Source: the human T2T-CHM13v2.0 reference genome, Homo sapiens. Taken from it: a stretch of 64,000 nt of DNA. Every line of letters begins with the position of its first letter. Position 1 is the first letter of the stretch. Positions 13,298-32,453 of this stretch are shown here, in pieces. Position numbers and translations under genes: made by a program. The stretch lies in assembly GCF_009914755.1 (NCBI RefSeq), contig NC_060947.1; one strand, 5' to 3'. The notes under the pieces are model-generated. The model did not search any database and had not been told where the DNA came from. It saw only the letters and a program-made list of their open reading frames with translations.

Positions 13298-14503
13298 CAA
13301 TCATGAGCCAAGTAATAAATTTCAGCCAAAAATAGACCACATACATGACAGTGGTTCCATAAGACTATAATAGAGCTGAAAATGTTCTTATTACCTAGTG
13401 ACATCCTAACCATTGTAACATCACAGCACAATGTATTACTCATGTGTTTGTGGTGATGCTAGTGTAAACAAATCTACTGCACTGCCATTGATATAAAAGA
13501 ATAATATAAAAGTTATGTATATATATAACACCTGATAATGATAACAAATGACTGTTACTGGTTTATGCATTTATTATACTATATTTTTATTGTATTTTAA
13601 AGTGTACTCCTTCTATTAATACTTATAAAATAAATTAACTGTGAACCTTCTCAGACAGATTCTTCAGTGATATTCCAGAAGAAGGCATTGTTATTATACA
13701 AGAAGAAAGCTCCACAAATGTGATTACCCCTGAAGATCTTCTTGTGGGACAAGATGTGAAGAGGGAAGGCAGTTATATTGAATATCTTGAACCTGTGTAG
13801 GCCTAAACTACTATGTGTGCTTGTGCCTTGTTTCTAATAATAAAAGTTAAAAAGTTTAAAAAAATAAAAATTAAAAATAGCAAACAAATCTTATAGAATA
13901 AGGGTATAAGTAAAGATATTTTTGTGCAACTGTACAATGTGTTTGTGTTTTCAGCTAAGTGTTATTACAAAAGAGTCAAAAGTTAAAAAAAATAAAAAGT
14001 TTATAAAGTAAAAAAGTTGCAGTAAGTTAAGGTTAAGTTATTATTGAAGACAGAAACTTTTAAAATTTAGTCTGGTCTAAGTGTACAGTGTTTATAAACT
14101 CTACAATAGTGTACAGTAATGTCCTAGGCCTTCACATTCACTTACCACTTACCAATTGACTCATAGCTACTCCCAGTCCTATAAGCTCTATTCACGATGG
14201 TAAGTGCTTCATGCAGGTGTATCGTTTTTTCACCTTTTATACCATATTTTTATTGTATTTCTTCTATGTATAGATACATAAATATTTACCATTGTGTTAA
14301 AATTGCCTACAGTATTTAGTACAGCAACGTGCCATATATGTTTGTATTCTAGGAGCAATAGGCTATATTATGTAGCCTGGGTGTGTAGTAGGCTAAACTA
14401 TCAAAGTTTGTTTAAGTACACTGTATGATGTTCACACAATGAAAAAATAGCCTAAGGATACATTTTTCACAATGTATCCCTATTGTTTAATGACACATGA
14501 TTT
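13298..14503 (+). mobile_element. Tigger3b (TcMar-Tigger) non-autonomous DNA transposon
   Basis: Termini caatcatgagcc... / ...tgacacatga; internal gtgtttgtggtgatgctagtgtaaacaaa and attccagaagaaggcattgtta; about 1.2 kb; host L1 text resumes collinearly. Confidence 0.88.
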
Positions 14504-15089
14504 ATACATAAAAATATATATAAATAGCCAATAAACACAAGAAAAGATGCTTAAAATCATTAGTCATTAGGGAAATGTAAACCAAAATCACAATAAGATA
14601 CCATTACCTGTCCATTAGAATGTCCAAATTTTTCTTTTAAAGATCATTCCAAATTCTGTCAAGGATGAAAAGGAACACTGATACACCGTTTATAAAAATG
14701 TAAACTGGTACAGTGACTTTGGAAAACAGTTTGGCATGTCCACATGTTGTTAAAAATACATTTACCATATGATCTAGTGATACCATTGGACAGTATTTAC
14801 TAAAGAAGAAAGCATATTTTCATACTTGTATATGAATATTAATAGCAACTTAATCTGTAATAGCAAAAAACTGGCAACTATCTAAATGTCCATTAACAGG
14901 TGAATGCATAAACAAATTGTGGTATTCTCACAATGAAATACTACTCAAAAAGAAAAAAAATATTGACATACATGACAATATGAATAAATATTAAAAGATT
15001 TGATTCATACTAAATTATAGAAAATGCAAACTAATCTCTAATGAGAGAAAACACATTAGTACTTGTCTTACACAAAATGGATGTTATGT

Positions 15090-15710
15090 GTCTGAGATGT
15101 ACTAACTCAGTTCTAGGTTCTACATGTCCATCAGTGAACAGTACAAATGAGCTCCATACAATCCTGGAACTTAGTGCACTAAGCAGTGGAAGAGGCAGAA
15201 AATAAACAAATAAGCAAAAGTAAGCAAAAAATTACAAATTGTGGTATACTACTGTGAAAGAAAATAAAAAAATGAAGAATAGATAATACTGTGGGATGCC
15301 AGGACTTACTTTAAATCTGGTGGTCAGGGATACATTTTCTGAGTAACTAGCAGTAAACTGAGACCTGAAGGATGAGAAGGGGCTGGCTATGCAAAAGGTG
15401 GAGGGAAAAGGCATTCAGTAGATGAAAGAACATATTCAAAATTCTGAGTTGGGAAAGAACTTCTCTTAGAGAATTTAAATAAAGGCCACCGTATCTGAAT
15501 TCAGACATTAATGTGTGCAATGAGGCAGAGAGGTAGTTCTAGGCAAGATCATGTAGGAATTTGTAGATGTAAATTCTATTTCCAATGCAATGGTAAATAA
15601 TGAGGGCTTCAAGCAGGGTGATGACATGATCATATCCCAGCTTTAAAAGATTAATACCTCACTCTTTGGAGGACTGTAGGGAAGCAAAAAATTGTAATCA
15701 AGGAGAATAG
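15090..15710 (-). mobile_element. L2 (LINE-2) fragment
   Basis: gtggtcaggga...ctgagacctgaaggatgagaagg...aagcagggtgatgacatgatc is typical antisense L2 text. Confidence 0.72.
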
Positions 15711-16035
15711 TTACTCCTAAAGTACACATTTTTTTTTTTTTACAGAAACACAAGGAACTCTTGACAATGTTTGCCTTTGAGTGATAGAATGAGGAAGAGG
15801 CAGATGAAAAGAAGGTTATAGATGCTTTTTATTTAATATCTTTATGTATTGTTTGGACTGGTAAAAAGTGTTTTATTTATTGGTACTGGGTATGAGAAGC
15901 AAGTTTTATGTGTCTTTGTAAGAGGAAAGTAAAATGAGAAATAAAAGGTCAAATTAATATTTTACTTGTAAAAATGTTTGACAAATGTCTTTCTTGAAAT
16001 AGTCTTTTTTTAACTTATCTGATACTACTCCTATG

Positions 16036-16240
16036 ATATTATCCTAAGCAAATTAATGCAGCAACAGAACAAAAAACACCGCATGTTCCCACTTGTAAGT
16101 CATAGCTAATCATTGAGTACACATGGACACAAAGAAGAGAACAATAGACACTGGGGCCCACTTGAGGATAGAGGTTGGGAGGAGGGTGAGGATTAAAAAA
16201 CTACCTATCAGTTATTATACTGATTTCCTGCGTGGCAAAG
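16036..16240 (+). mobile_element. L1PA15/16-like 3'UTR fragment lacking its terminal part and tail
   Basis: gagtacacatggacacaaagaagagaacaatagacactgggg...gagggtgaggattaaaaaactacctatc. Confidence 0.82.
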
Positions 16241-16540
16241 ATCTTGTTTCTCTCTAATTAATTTTCAAGTAATCTATCTTCAAATTCACATATTCATTCT
16301 TCTGCTTCATCAATTCTTCTGTTTTTGCTCTCTATTGCTTTTTCATTTTATTCATTGTGTTCTTCAGCTGCAGAATTCCTTTTTAATGATTTCAGTATAT
16401 CTCCGTTATATTTTTATTTTGTTTATTGTTTTTCTAATTTCATTAAATTGTATTCCCATATTTTCTAGTTCATGGAGCTTCCTTATAACAATTATTTTAA
16501 ACTTTTTGTCAGGGCGTTTTTGTATCTCCATTACTTGTGG
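16241..16540 (-). mobile_element. Old L1M ORF1 N-terminal fragment
   Basis: Minus-strand peptide PDKKFKIIVIRKLHELEN...FNEIRK resembles the L1 ORF1 N-terminus. Confidence 0.62.
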
Positions 16541-18588
16541 GTCTTGGTTATTTCCTTTCTTCTGCTGGGCGTGGGTTGGGTTTGTTCTTCTTTCTCTAGT
16601 TCCTTGAGGTGTGACCATAGAATGCCAGCTTGTGCTCTTTCAGTCTTTTCGATGTAGGTGTTTAGGGCTATGAACTTTATTCTTAGCGTCATCTTTACTG
16701 TATCCCAGAGGTTTTGATAGGTTGCGTCATTGTTGTTCAGTTTGAAGAATTTTTTAATTTTCATTTTGATTTCCTTTTTGACCCAATAATCATTCAGGGG
16801 AAGGTTATTTAGTTTCTATGTATTTGTATGGTTTTGAAGGTTCCTTTTGGAGTTGACTTTCTGTCTTGATGACCCATTTCTAGTGTTCTCAGTGGAGTAT
16901 TGAAGTCCCCCACTTTTATTGTGTTGCTATCTATCTCATTTCTTAGGTCTATTAGTAATTGCTTTATAAATTTGGGAGCTCCAGTGTTAGCTGCATATAT
17001 GTTTAGGATTGTGATATTCTCCTGTTGGACAAGGCCTTTTGTCATTATAAAATGTCCCTCTTTGTCTTTTTTGACGACTGTTGCTTTAAAGTTTGTTTTG
17101 TCTGATGTAAGAAGAGCTACCTCTGCTAGTTTTGGTGTCCATTTGCATGAAATGCCTTCTTCCACCACTTTATGTGAATCCTTATGTGTTAAGTGAGTCT
17201 CTTGAAGGCAGCAGGTAGTTGGTTGGTGAGTTCTAATCTATTCTGCAGTGCAGTATCTTTTAAGTGGAGCATTTAGGTCATTTACATTCAATGTTAGTAT
17301 TGAGATGTGAGATACCCTTCCATTCATCATGCTATTCATTTCCTACGTATTTTGGTTTTTGTTTTTTGCCTTTTAAATTGTATTTTTGTTTTATAAGTCC
17401 TGTGTGATTTATGCTATAAAGCATAAATAGAGGTTCTGTTTTGATATGTTTCTAAGATTTGTTTCAAGATTTAGAGATTCTTTTAGCAGTTTTTGTAGTG
17501 GTGGCTTGGTAGTGGCAAATTCTCTCAGTATTTGTTTGTCTGAGAAAGACTATATCTTTCCTTCACATATGATACTTAATTTCACTGGATACAAAATTCT
17601 TGGCTCATAATTGTTTTGTTTAAGGAGGCTGAAGATAGGGCCCTAATTCCTTCTAGCTTGTAGGGTTTTTGCTGAGAAACCTGCTGTTAATCTGAGAGGT
17701 TTTTTTTTATAGGTTAACTAGTGCTTTTGTCTCATAGCACTAGTCAAGATTCTTTCCTTTGTCTTTACTTTAGATAACCTGATGACAATGTGCTTTGGAG
17801 ATGATCTTTTTGCAATAAATTTTCCAGGTGTTCTTTGTGATTCTTGTATTTGGATGTCTAGGTCTCTAGCAAGACTGAGAAAATTTTCCTCAGTTATTTC
17901 CCCAAATATGTTTTCCAAACTTTTAGATTTCTCTTATTACTAAGGATCACTGACTATTTTTAGGTTTGGTCATTTAATGTAATCTGAGACTTCTTGGAGG
18001 CTTTGTTCATATTTTCTTATCTTTTTTCTTTGTCTTTGTTTGATTGGGTTAATTCGAAGACCTTGTCTTTGAGCTCTGAATTTCTTTCTTCTGTTTGTTC
18101 AATTGTATTGCTGAGACTTTCCAGAACAGTTTGCATTTCTATAAGTGTGTCCAATGTTTGCTGAAGTTTTGATTGTTTTTTGTTTATGCTATCTATTTCC
18201 TTGAATATTTCTCCCTTCACTGCTTGTATCTTTTTTTTTTTTATTTCCTTTCACTGGGCTTTGCATTTCTCTGGTGCCTCACTGATTAACTTAATAACTA
18301 ACCTCCTGAATTCTTTTTCAAGTAAATCAGGGATTTCTTCTTAGTTTGGATCCATTGCTGGTGAGCTAGTGTGATTTTTTGGGAGTGTCAAAGAGCCTTG
18401 TTTTGTCATATTACCATAGTTGGTTTTCTGGTTCCTTCTCATTTGGGTAGCCTCTGTCAGAGGTAAAGACTAGGGCTGAAGGCTTTTGTTCAGATTCTTT
18501 TGTCCCATGGGGTATTCCCTTGATGTAGTACTCTCCCCTTTTTCCTATTGATGTGGCTTCCTGGAAGTTGAGCTGTCATGATTGTTCT
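16541..18588 (-). mobile_element. L1PB(a)-type fragment: partial 5'UTR, ORF1 and ORF2 endonuclease region; truncated at both ends
   Basis: ORF1 ENIFGEITEENFLSLARDLDIQIQESQRTPGKF; EN KEGHFIMTKG...ITILNIYAANTGAPKFIKQ...VGDFNTPL; TYQNLWDT. Confidence 0.9.
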
Positions 18589-22390
<3,802 letters not shown>

Positions 22391-22429
22391 AGGAAAAAGG
22401 AGGTGGAGAAGAAAAAAATGAAATAAAAG

Positions 22430-23700
22430 CAATTAGAAATAGAATAAAGAGCCCAATATTAAACCCTTGCATATAGGGTCAACCAAGTCTACTGAATGTG
22501 GAAAGTATGGTTTCTTCAACAAATAACCATGTGTAAACTTGATATCCACATGTGAAAGAATAAAGTTGGACCTTTAACTTATACCATATGCAAATATTAA
22601 CTCAAATTGGATTAAAGACTTAAACATAAGAGAAAAAAACTATAAAATTCTTAGAATAAAGCATAGAGGGAAAGGTTTATACATTGGGTTTGGCAATGAT
22701 ATTTTTGATATGATACTAAAAGCACAGGAAACAAAATCAAAACCAAACAAGATGGACTGCATTGAAAAACACACTCAACATAATAAAAAGGAAACCAAAA
22801 AATGGGTGAAAATATTTGCAAATTATGTGTCTGATGGGGGTCAATATCCAGAATACACAAAGAACTCTTACAACTCAACAACAAAAGAAAACCCACATGA
22901 CTCAATTAAAAAAATGGACAAAGACTTGAATAAACATTCCTCTAAAGAAGATATACAAATAGCCAACAAGCATATAAAAAGATGCTCAAAATCTCTAATC
23001 ATTAGGGAAATGCAAATAAAAACCACAATGAGTGTCATCTCATACCAATTACAATGTCTAGTATAAGAAAGATAAAATAAAAAGTGTTGTGAGAGAATGT
23101 AAAGAAATCAGAACTCTTGTACATACATAGTTTGGTGGCTTTTCAAAAAGTTAAAAATAGTATTACCATATCATCTAGCAATCTAATTTCTAGGTATATT
23201 TGCAAATAATTCAAAGCAGGGTATTGAAGAGATAATCGCACACTCATGTCTAAGCATTATTCAAAATAGACAAAAGTAAAAGAAATCCAAGTGATCAATG
23301 GATAAATGGATAAATAAAATGTAATATATATACAAGCAATGTAATATCATTCTGCCTAAATATAATACAAATTCAGACACACACTACAACATGGATGAAC
23401 CTTGAAGACATTAAGCTAAGTAAAATAAGTCAGTAACAAAAAGACAAATGCTGTATTATTTAACTTATATAAGGTATCTAGAGTATCATTTTCATAGAAA
23501 CAGAAAGTAGAATGGTGGTTTCCAGGGGTTGGAAATAGGGGAAAATTGGGAGTTTTTGTTAAATGATTATAAAGTTTCAATTTTGCAAGATGAAAAACTT
23601 CCAGAGATTGGCTGCACAGTGATATGAATATAGTTAACATGAATGAACTGTATACCTAACAATTAAAAATGTTAAAGATGGTAAACTTTATTCTATGCAC
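22430..23700 (+). mobile_element. L1MB-type 3' portion (ORF2 C-terminus and 3'UTR)
   Basis: [30 protein letters not shown]; 3'UTR tttcaattttgcaagatgaaaaacttccagagattggctgcacag. Confidence 0.83.
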
Positions 23701-23791
23701 TCTTTATAGCATGACTGTTATAAATGACAAGCATATTAATATGGTTTTGTTAGTCACACATGGTATTTAAAAATAAAACTATCAAGTTAGT

Positions 23792-26015
<2,224 letters not shown>

Positions 26016-26233
26016 AATGGTGTGAATTCTGAATCTACTGTAGGCAAGTTTACCTGTAGGCTTACATTGGAGTGTTGTGAATTTTTAAATTCTGAATTCA
26101 TGTCTTTCTGAATTTTGTGAGACAAAATATCAGGTTAGTAAAATTTGACCCAGAACTTTTTATAATCTTTCTAAGAGTTAATTCCAACAAAATAAAGGCA
26201 AATTTTAACTCATAAGGAGTTCTAAATTTCAAG

Positions 26234-26324
26234 AGTGAGCCATGATCACACCACTGAACTTTAGCCTGGTTGACATATGAGACCCTGTCTCAAGAAACAA
26301 AAAGAAAAAAAGAAAGAAAAAAAA
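26234..26324 (+). mobile_element. Alu 3' fragment (AluJ/FRAM-like)
   Basis: agtgagccatgatcacaccactg...gagaccctgtctc followed by an A-rich tail. Confidence 0.8.
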
Positions 26325-26829
26325 GGTGCTCATTGTATATATCACTTTCATGTAAAAGTGAAATACCATTCTACAGAATATTTTCATAATTAATTAAATG
26401 TCAATAGGTTATTACCCTGGGACTCTAGTTACTTTTTTCCAAATATTTTAAGTGGTCGGATATCAGGTGCATCATTATTTTTTCTCAGTGAAGGCTACAT
26501 AAAATTCACCAGACAGATGTTTCTATGGCTTGCTTTACTTTTTTTGATAGCATCTATTCCCCAAAGAAAATAATGGGGTAATCGAAGAAAAATAAAATTA
26601 GAAGAAATCTTCTACTCTTGAAAAAGTAATATTTTTTTGTTTTGTACTTTCTTGGCAATTCATAAATACGAAATGACAAATGTCAGTGAAATACATATTT
26701 GTCTTAGTAAATTATCAACAGCACATGGTCATTCTGAAATAAAGGCTAAGTAGTACCTATCATTAACTGGTAAGTTTGTAATACTATAACTACAGATACT
26801 GTTTTTCTCCAGTGTTTTTACCACGACAA

Positions 26830-27010
26830 CAATGACTACTTATTTTTATCACATATTATATGTGGTATGTTTTAGGGCATGTTTATACTTCCTGGAAGCT
26901 ACTTCAATAGTTAAACATTTTGTTAATAATGTAATCCTCACAAGTACTATGCCAAATTAGTTGATGAAGTCTCATTGCCATTTTTTTTTACAATGGAATG
27001 ATTCAAGGTG
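26830..27010 (-). mobile_element. Possible MIR relic
   Basis: taatcctcacaagtactatg...ccattttttttacaatgga resembles the antisense MIR core. Confidence 0.4.
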
Positions 27011-30000
27011 GTTTATGTAAAAATTAAAAGTCAATTTTCAGAGATCTCTCTTGGCACATTTGTAAATTTATATATGCATATATCAGTATTGTAGGTAAGA
27101 TGGAAGCAGTGGTTTTTGGTTTTTGTTTGTTTTAGTAATTCTACTGATACTTAGCAGGACTTCATCATATTTATATAATAAAAATGTTAACTGCAAGTTG
27201 CTTCCCCCAACAGTGATTTGACTAAGACAATTAAATTCATTAACTTTCTACAGCTTTAGTGATGATAAATGAGCACTGGACTTGCTATCAGTGGTTTTAC
27301 TTTTCTTTCTTTTATGTTTAACTTAATCGTTTTTGTCATGTGTGTGTCAGTCCATTATAATGTAGTTGAGAAATATACCATATTCAACTAATTTATCTAC
27401 TTATTGGGTTAGCTCAATCAGTAAAATTAACAGAATCAAAATCATAGGCTTAGTGCCACGTGAATCTTTTAGTTTCACTCTCATCATTTCTTGAAAATTG
27501 TGTCCTGATTTTCCAGTGAAACAAGATGGCATAAGAGAAGGCTCCACTGATTGCCCCCCACCAGAAGGACACCACTTTAACAACTATCTACACACACACA
27601 AAAATCACCTTCATAATAACAAAAAATCAGGTGAGCACTCACAGCAAGTGATTTTAACTTCATATAACTGAAAGGCACTGAACAGGAAGAAAAAGCAGTC
27701 TTGAATCACACACGTGGCCTCTTCCCATCATCCCTCACACCTCATCATCTGCAAGTTTGTGGGAAAGAGAGAGGTCACAGCATTTGTGAGGCATTGAACC
27801 CAGTGCTGCCTTATTGTAGCAGGAAAAAAACTGGACCAAACTTAGCTGATGCCCATACATGGAGGGAGTACTGAATCCAGCCCTAGCAAGAAGAGAATTA
27901 CAGATCCCAGTGTTCTGAACTTGAGTTCCCACTAGCCTAGCCACAACTGGCTGAAGTCCTCTGGGGCTTTAAATAAACCTGAAAGGCAGTCTAGTCTACA
28001 AGGATTGCAAATCCTAGCCATGTCCTAGTGCTGAACTGAGCCTAGAGACAGTGGATTGGGAGGGGCCACGTGGAGCTAAAGGAGTACTGGCCTCACCTCT
28101 CCCATAACTCCAGGATGTACAACTCTTGACTCCAAAATAGACCCCGACTCTACACTCCAGAAGAGAAGAGGAAAGAGTGGGAAGGACTTTGTCTTGCATC
28201 TTGGATACCAGTTTAGCCAGAGCAGAATTGGGCACTGGTCAGAGGCTTGAGGCCCACTCTTCAGGCACTAGCTCCTGAACTACATCTCTAGACATACCCT
28301 GGGCCAGAAAGGAACCTGTTTCCTTGAAGGGAAGAACCCAGTCTTGAAAGCGTCCATTACCTTCTAACTGAAGAGCCTTTTGAGCAGCAATATCCAGGCA
28401 CTACACTGAGGGGCTTGGGTGAGATCTTGAGACTTGCTAGCTTTAGGTAACACTCAACACATTCCCAGCTGTGGTGACAATGGGGCAAGAGTCCTTCCGT
28501 TTAAGAAAAACCTAGGGAAAAGCAAAGGTATCTTCATCTTGCATCTTAGGTACTAGCTCAGCCACAGGGGGATATAGCACCAAGAGTGTTCTTGGCATCC
28601 CTGACTGCAGGAGTTGGCTCTTAGATGACATTTCTGAACCTGCTCTAGGCCAGAAGGGAGCCCACAGTCCTGAAAGGTGAGTTCCAAGTCAGACAGCATT
28701 CACCATAAGCTGAATGAAGAGCCCTTGGGACTTAAGGAAATATTGGTGGTAGACTGGTAGTACTTCCTATGGGCCTGTGGTGGCTGTGGCTGTGGGACAA
28801 GGATTCTCTGCCTTTAGAAAGGGGAGGGAAAAGTAGGAAGAACTGCATCTTATGGCTTACGTGCCAGCTCAGCTGCAATAGAACTCACCATCTTGAAGGA
28901 AAGGACAGAGACCTTGTTGGCTTAGCCACCTGCAGATTGTAGAGCCCTAAGGCCTTGAGTGAACATATGCCATAGTCTGGGGGTGATTTAGCAGAACTTG
29001 GGTGAGACCCACTACTTTGTATGTTTCAGGTCTGACTGAGCACTGTCATAGTGGTGGTAGCCACAGAGGTGATAGTGAAATACCACCCCAAGCTCCAGGT
29101 GGCTGAGAACAGAGACAGACTGTTCATTTCATAGAAAGTAAGGGAAGAGAAAAAGTATCTCTGCCTGGTAATCCAGAGAATTCTTCCAGATCTTGTCCAA
29201 GACCATCAAGGTGGCACCTCAGTGAGTCTGCAAGAACCACAGTGTTACTCGGATTGGGGTGCCTTATAAGCAAATAGAGCTTAGACTACAGCACTGAAGT
29301 CCTTTCAAATATCTGGAAAGCCTTCCAAAGAAGAACAGTACAAAGAAGTCTAGGCTGAGAAGACTAAAATATATACCTAACTCTTCCGTGCCCAGACACA
29401 GATGAACATCTACAGTATCAAAATCATTCAGAAAAACATGATCTTATCAAATAAAGTAAATAAGCAGCAGGGACCAATACTGGAGAAACAGAAATGTGTG
29501 ACCTTTCAGACAGAGAATTCAGAATAGTTGTATTGAGGAAACTCAAAGAAATTCAAGATGACACAGAGAAGGGATATCAGATAAATTTAACAAAGAGATA
29601 GAAATAACCATAAAGAACTAAGCAGAAATCCTGGAGTTGAAAAATACAATTGGCATACTGAAGAATGCATCAGTCTCTTAATAGCAGAACTGAGAAGCAG
29701 AATAGAGTTAGTGAGCTTGAAGACAGGCTATTTGAATATACATGGTCAGAAGAGACAAAATAAAAAATAATAAAGAACAATGAAGTACATCTACTGAATG
29801 TAGAAAATAGCCTCAAAAGGACAAACCAGAGAGTTTTTTAGCTTAAAGAGGAAGTAGAGAAAGAGATAGGGGAAGAAAGTTTATTAAAGGGGACAATAAA
29901 AGAGAAATTCCCAAACCTAGAGAAAGATATCAATATCTAAGTACAAGAAGGTTATACAACACCAAGCAGACTTTTCTCAAAGAAGAGTACCTAAATGCCT

Positions 30001-30657
30001 TTAATGATTAAACTCATAAAGAACAAGGATAAAGAAAGGATCCTAAAAGCAGTGAGAGAACAGAAACAAAATAACAAACAATGGAGCTCCAATATGTCTG
30101 GCAGTAGATTTTTCACTGGAAATCTTACAAGCCAGGGGAAAGTGGCACAACATGTTTATTTGCTGAAAGAAAAAAAAGAAAAAAAAAACTTCTACCATAG
30201 GATAATATATCTGGCAAAAATCTTCAAACATGAAGAAAAAATAAAGATTTTCCTATACAACCAAAAACTGAGGGATTTCATCAACATCAGACCTGTTCTA
30301 CAAGAAATGCTGAAGGGAGTACTTTGATAACAAAGCAAAAGATATAAATGAACAATGAGAAATCACCTGAATGTACAAAACTCACCGGTAATAGTAAGTA
30401 CACAGAGAAACAGAATATATAACACTGTAACTGTGGTGTGTAAACTACTCCTATCTTAAGCAGAAAGACAATAAATCATCTAAAAATTGTAACTACAGTA
30501 ACTTTTCAATACATAGTACAATAAGATATATAGAGAAAGGACAAAAAGTTAAAAAGCAGGGAGAAGTTAAGGGTTACAGTCTTCATTAGTTTTCTTTTTG
30601 CTTGTTTGCTTATTCAAAAAGTATAAAGTTTTTATCAGCTTAAATTAATGAATTATA

Positions 30658-32070
30658 AGAGACTTGTTGAATGGCTTTGCCCAAAATGCTGATAGCGACA
30701 CGGACAATAAAGTCCAGGCTGAGGTGGTCTCAGATGGAAGTGAGAAACTTGTTGGGAACTGGAGCAAAGGTGATTTTTGTTATGTTTTAGCAAAGAGACT
30801 CCTAGCATTTTGTTCCTGCCCTAGAGATTTGAGGAACTTTGATAGTGAGAGAGATGATTTAGGGTATCTGGCAGAAGAAATTTCTAAGCAGCACAGCATT
30901 CAAGAAGTGACTTGGGTGCTGTTAAAGTCATTCAGTTTTAAAAGGGAAACAGCATAAAAGTTTGAAAAATTTGCAGCCTGACAATGCAATAGAAAAGAAA
31001 ATTCAATTTTCGAGGATAAATTCAAGCTGGCTGCAGAAATTTGCATAAGTAACAAAGAGGTGAAAGTTAATTCTCAAGACAATGTGGAAAATATCTCCAG
31101 GGCATGTCAAAAATATTCATGGCAGCCCCTCCCATCACAGGCCCAGAGGCCTACGAGAAAAAAGTAGTTTTGTGGGCCAGGCCCAGGGTCCCTGTGCTGT
31201 GTGCAGCCTAGGGACTTGATACCCTGTGTCCCAGCTGCTCCAGCCTTGGCTGAAAGTGGCCAAAGTAGAGCTTGGGCCATGACTTCAGAGGGTGGAAGCC
31301 TCAGGCTTTGGCAGCTTCCACGTGGTGTTGAGCCTGTGAATGCGCAGAAGTCAAGAACTGAGGTTTGGGAACCTCCACCTAGATTTCAGAAGACGTATGA
31401 AAATGCTTGGATGTCCAGGCAGAAATTTGCTGTAGGGCAGGGTCCTTATGGAGAACTTCTGCTAGGGCAGTGCAGAAGGGAAATATGGGGTGGGAACCCC
31501 ATACAGAGGTACTGGGGTACTGCCTTACTGTGGTACTGCGTCCTCCAGACCCCAGAAAGATAGATCCACTTACAGCTTGCGCTGTATTCCTGGAAAAGCC
31601 ACAGACAATCAACACCAGCCTGTGAAGGAAGCCAGGAGGGAGGCTGTACCCTGCAAAGCCACAGGGACAGAGCTGCCCAATACTATGGGAATCTACCTCT
31701 TGCATCAGCATGGCCTGGATGGGAGACATGGAGTCAAAGGAGATTATTTTGGTGCTTTAAAATTTGACTGCCACACTGGATTTCAGACTTGCATGGGGCC
31801 TGTAGTCCTTTTGTTTTGGCCAATTTCTTCCATTTGGAATGCTTGTATTTACCCAATGCCTGTACCTCCATTGTATCTAGGAAGTAACTAAATCGCTTTT
31901 AATTTTACAGGCTCATAGGCAGAAGTAACTTGCCTTGTCTTGGATGAGACTTTGGACTTTGGACTTTTGAGTTAATGCTGAAATGAGTTGAGATTTTGGG
32001 GGATTGTTGGGAAGGCATGATTGGTTTTGAAATGTGAAGATACGAGATTTGGGAGGTGCCATGGGTGGAA
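30658..32070 (+). mobile_element. THE1 internal region (ERVL-MaLR), 5'-deleted
   Basis: MaLR ORF relic LLNGFAQNADSDTDNKVQAEVVSDG...YLAEEISKQHSIQEVTWVLLK; runs directly into the LTR. Confidence 0.92.
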
Positions 32071-32453
32071 TGATAAGGTTTGGCTCTGTGTCTCCACCCA
32101 AATCTCACCTTGTAGCTCCCATAATTCCTACACGTTGTGGGAGGGACCCGGTGGGAGATGATTGAATCATAGGGGTGGGTCTTTCCCATGCTGTTCTCAG
32201 GATAGTGAGTGGGCCTCACAAGATCTGATGGTTTTAAAAACGGGAACTTTGCTGTACAAGCTCTTTTTTTTTTTTGCCTGCCACCATCCATGTAAGATGT
32301 GACTTGCTCCTCCTTGCCTTCTGCCATGATTATGAGGCCTCCCTAGCCATGTGGAACTGAAGTCCAATTAAATCTCTTTTTTTTTTTTTTGTAAATTGTC
32401 CATTCTCAGTCTCAGGTATGTCTTTATCAGCAGTGTGTAAATGGACTAATACA
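32071..32453 (+). mobile_element. THE1A-like 3' LTR
   Basis: tgataaggtttggctctgtgtctccacccaaatctc...ggtatgtctttatcagcagtgtgtaaatggactaataca. Confidence 0.92.

Larger units (their letters stand above)
10990..15070 (+). mobile_element. Ancient L1M (L1MC-ME-like) with ORF1, start of ORF2 and 3' end; most of ORF2 is missing; hosts three younger inserts
   Basis: ORF1-like 11000-11700 (tctcatcagaaactatgaagtccagaaaacaatggaac); EN-like 12860-13160 (agagataaagagagacacttcataatgataaa); C-terminal ORF2 and 3' sequence 13170-13295 and 14505-15070 (tcattagtcattagggaaatg). Confidence 0.75.

Noticed and set aside
31201-32327. Several overlapping 110-140 aa ORFs
   Set aside because: They lie wholly in the THE1 internal region and LTR; these are a MaLR ORF relic and chance open frames.
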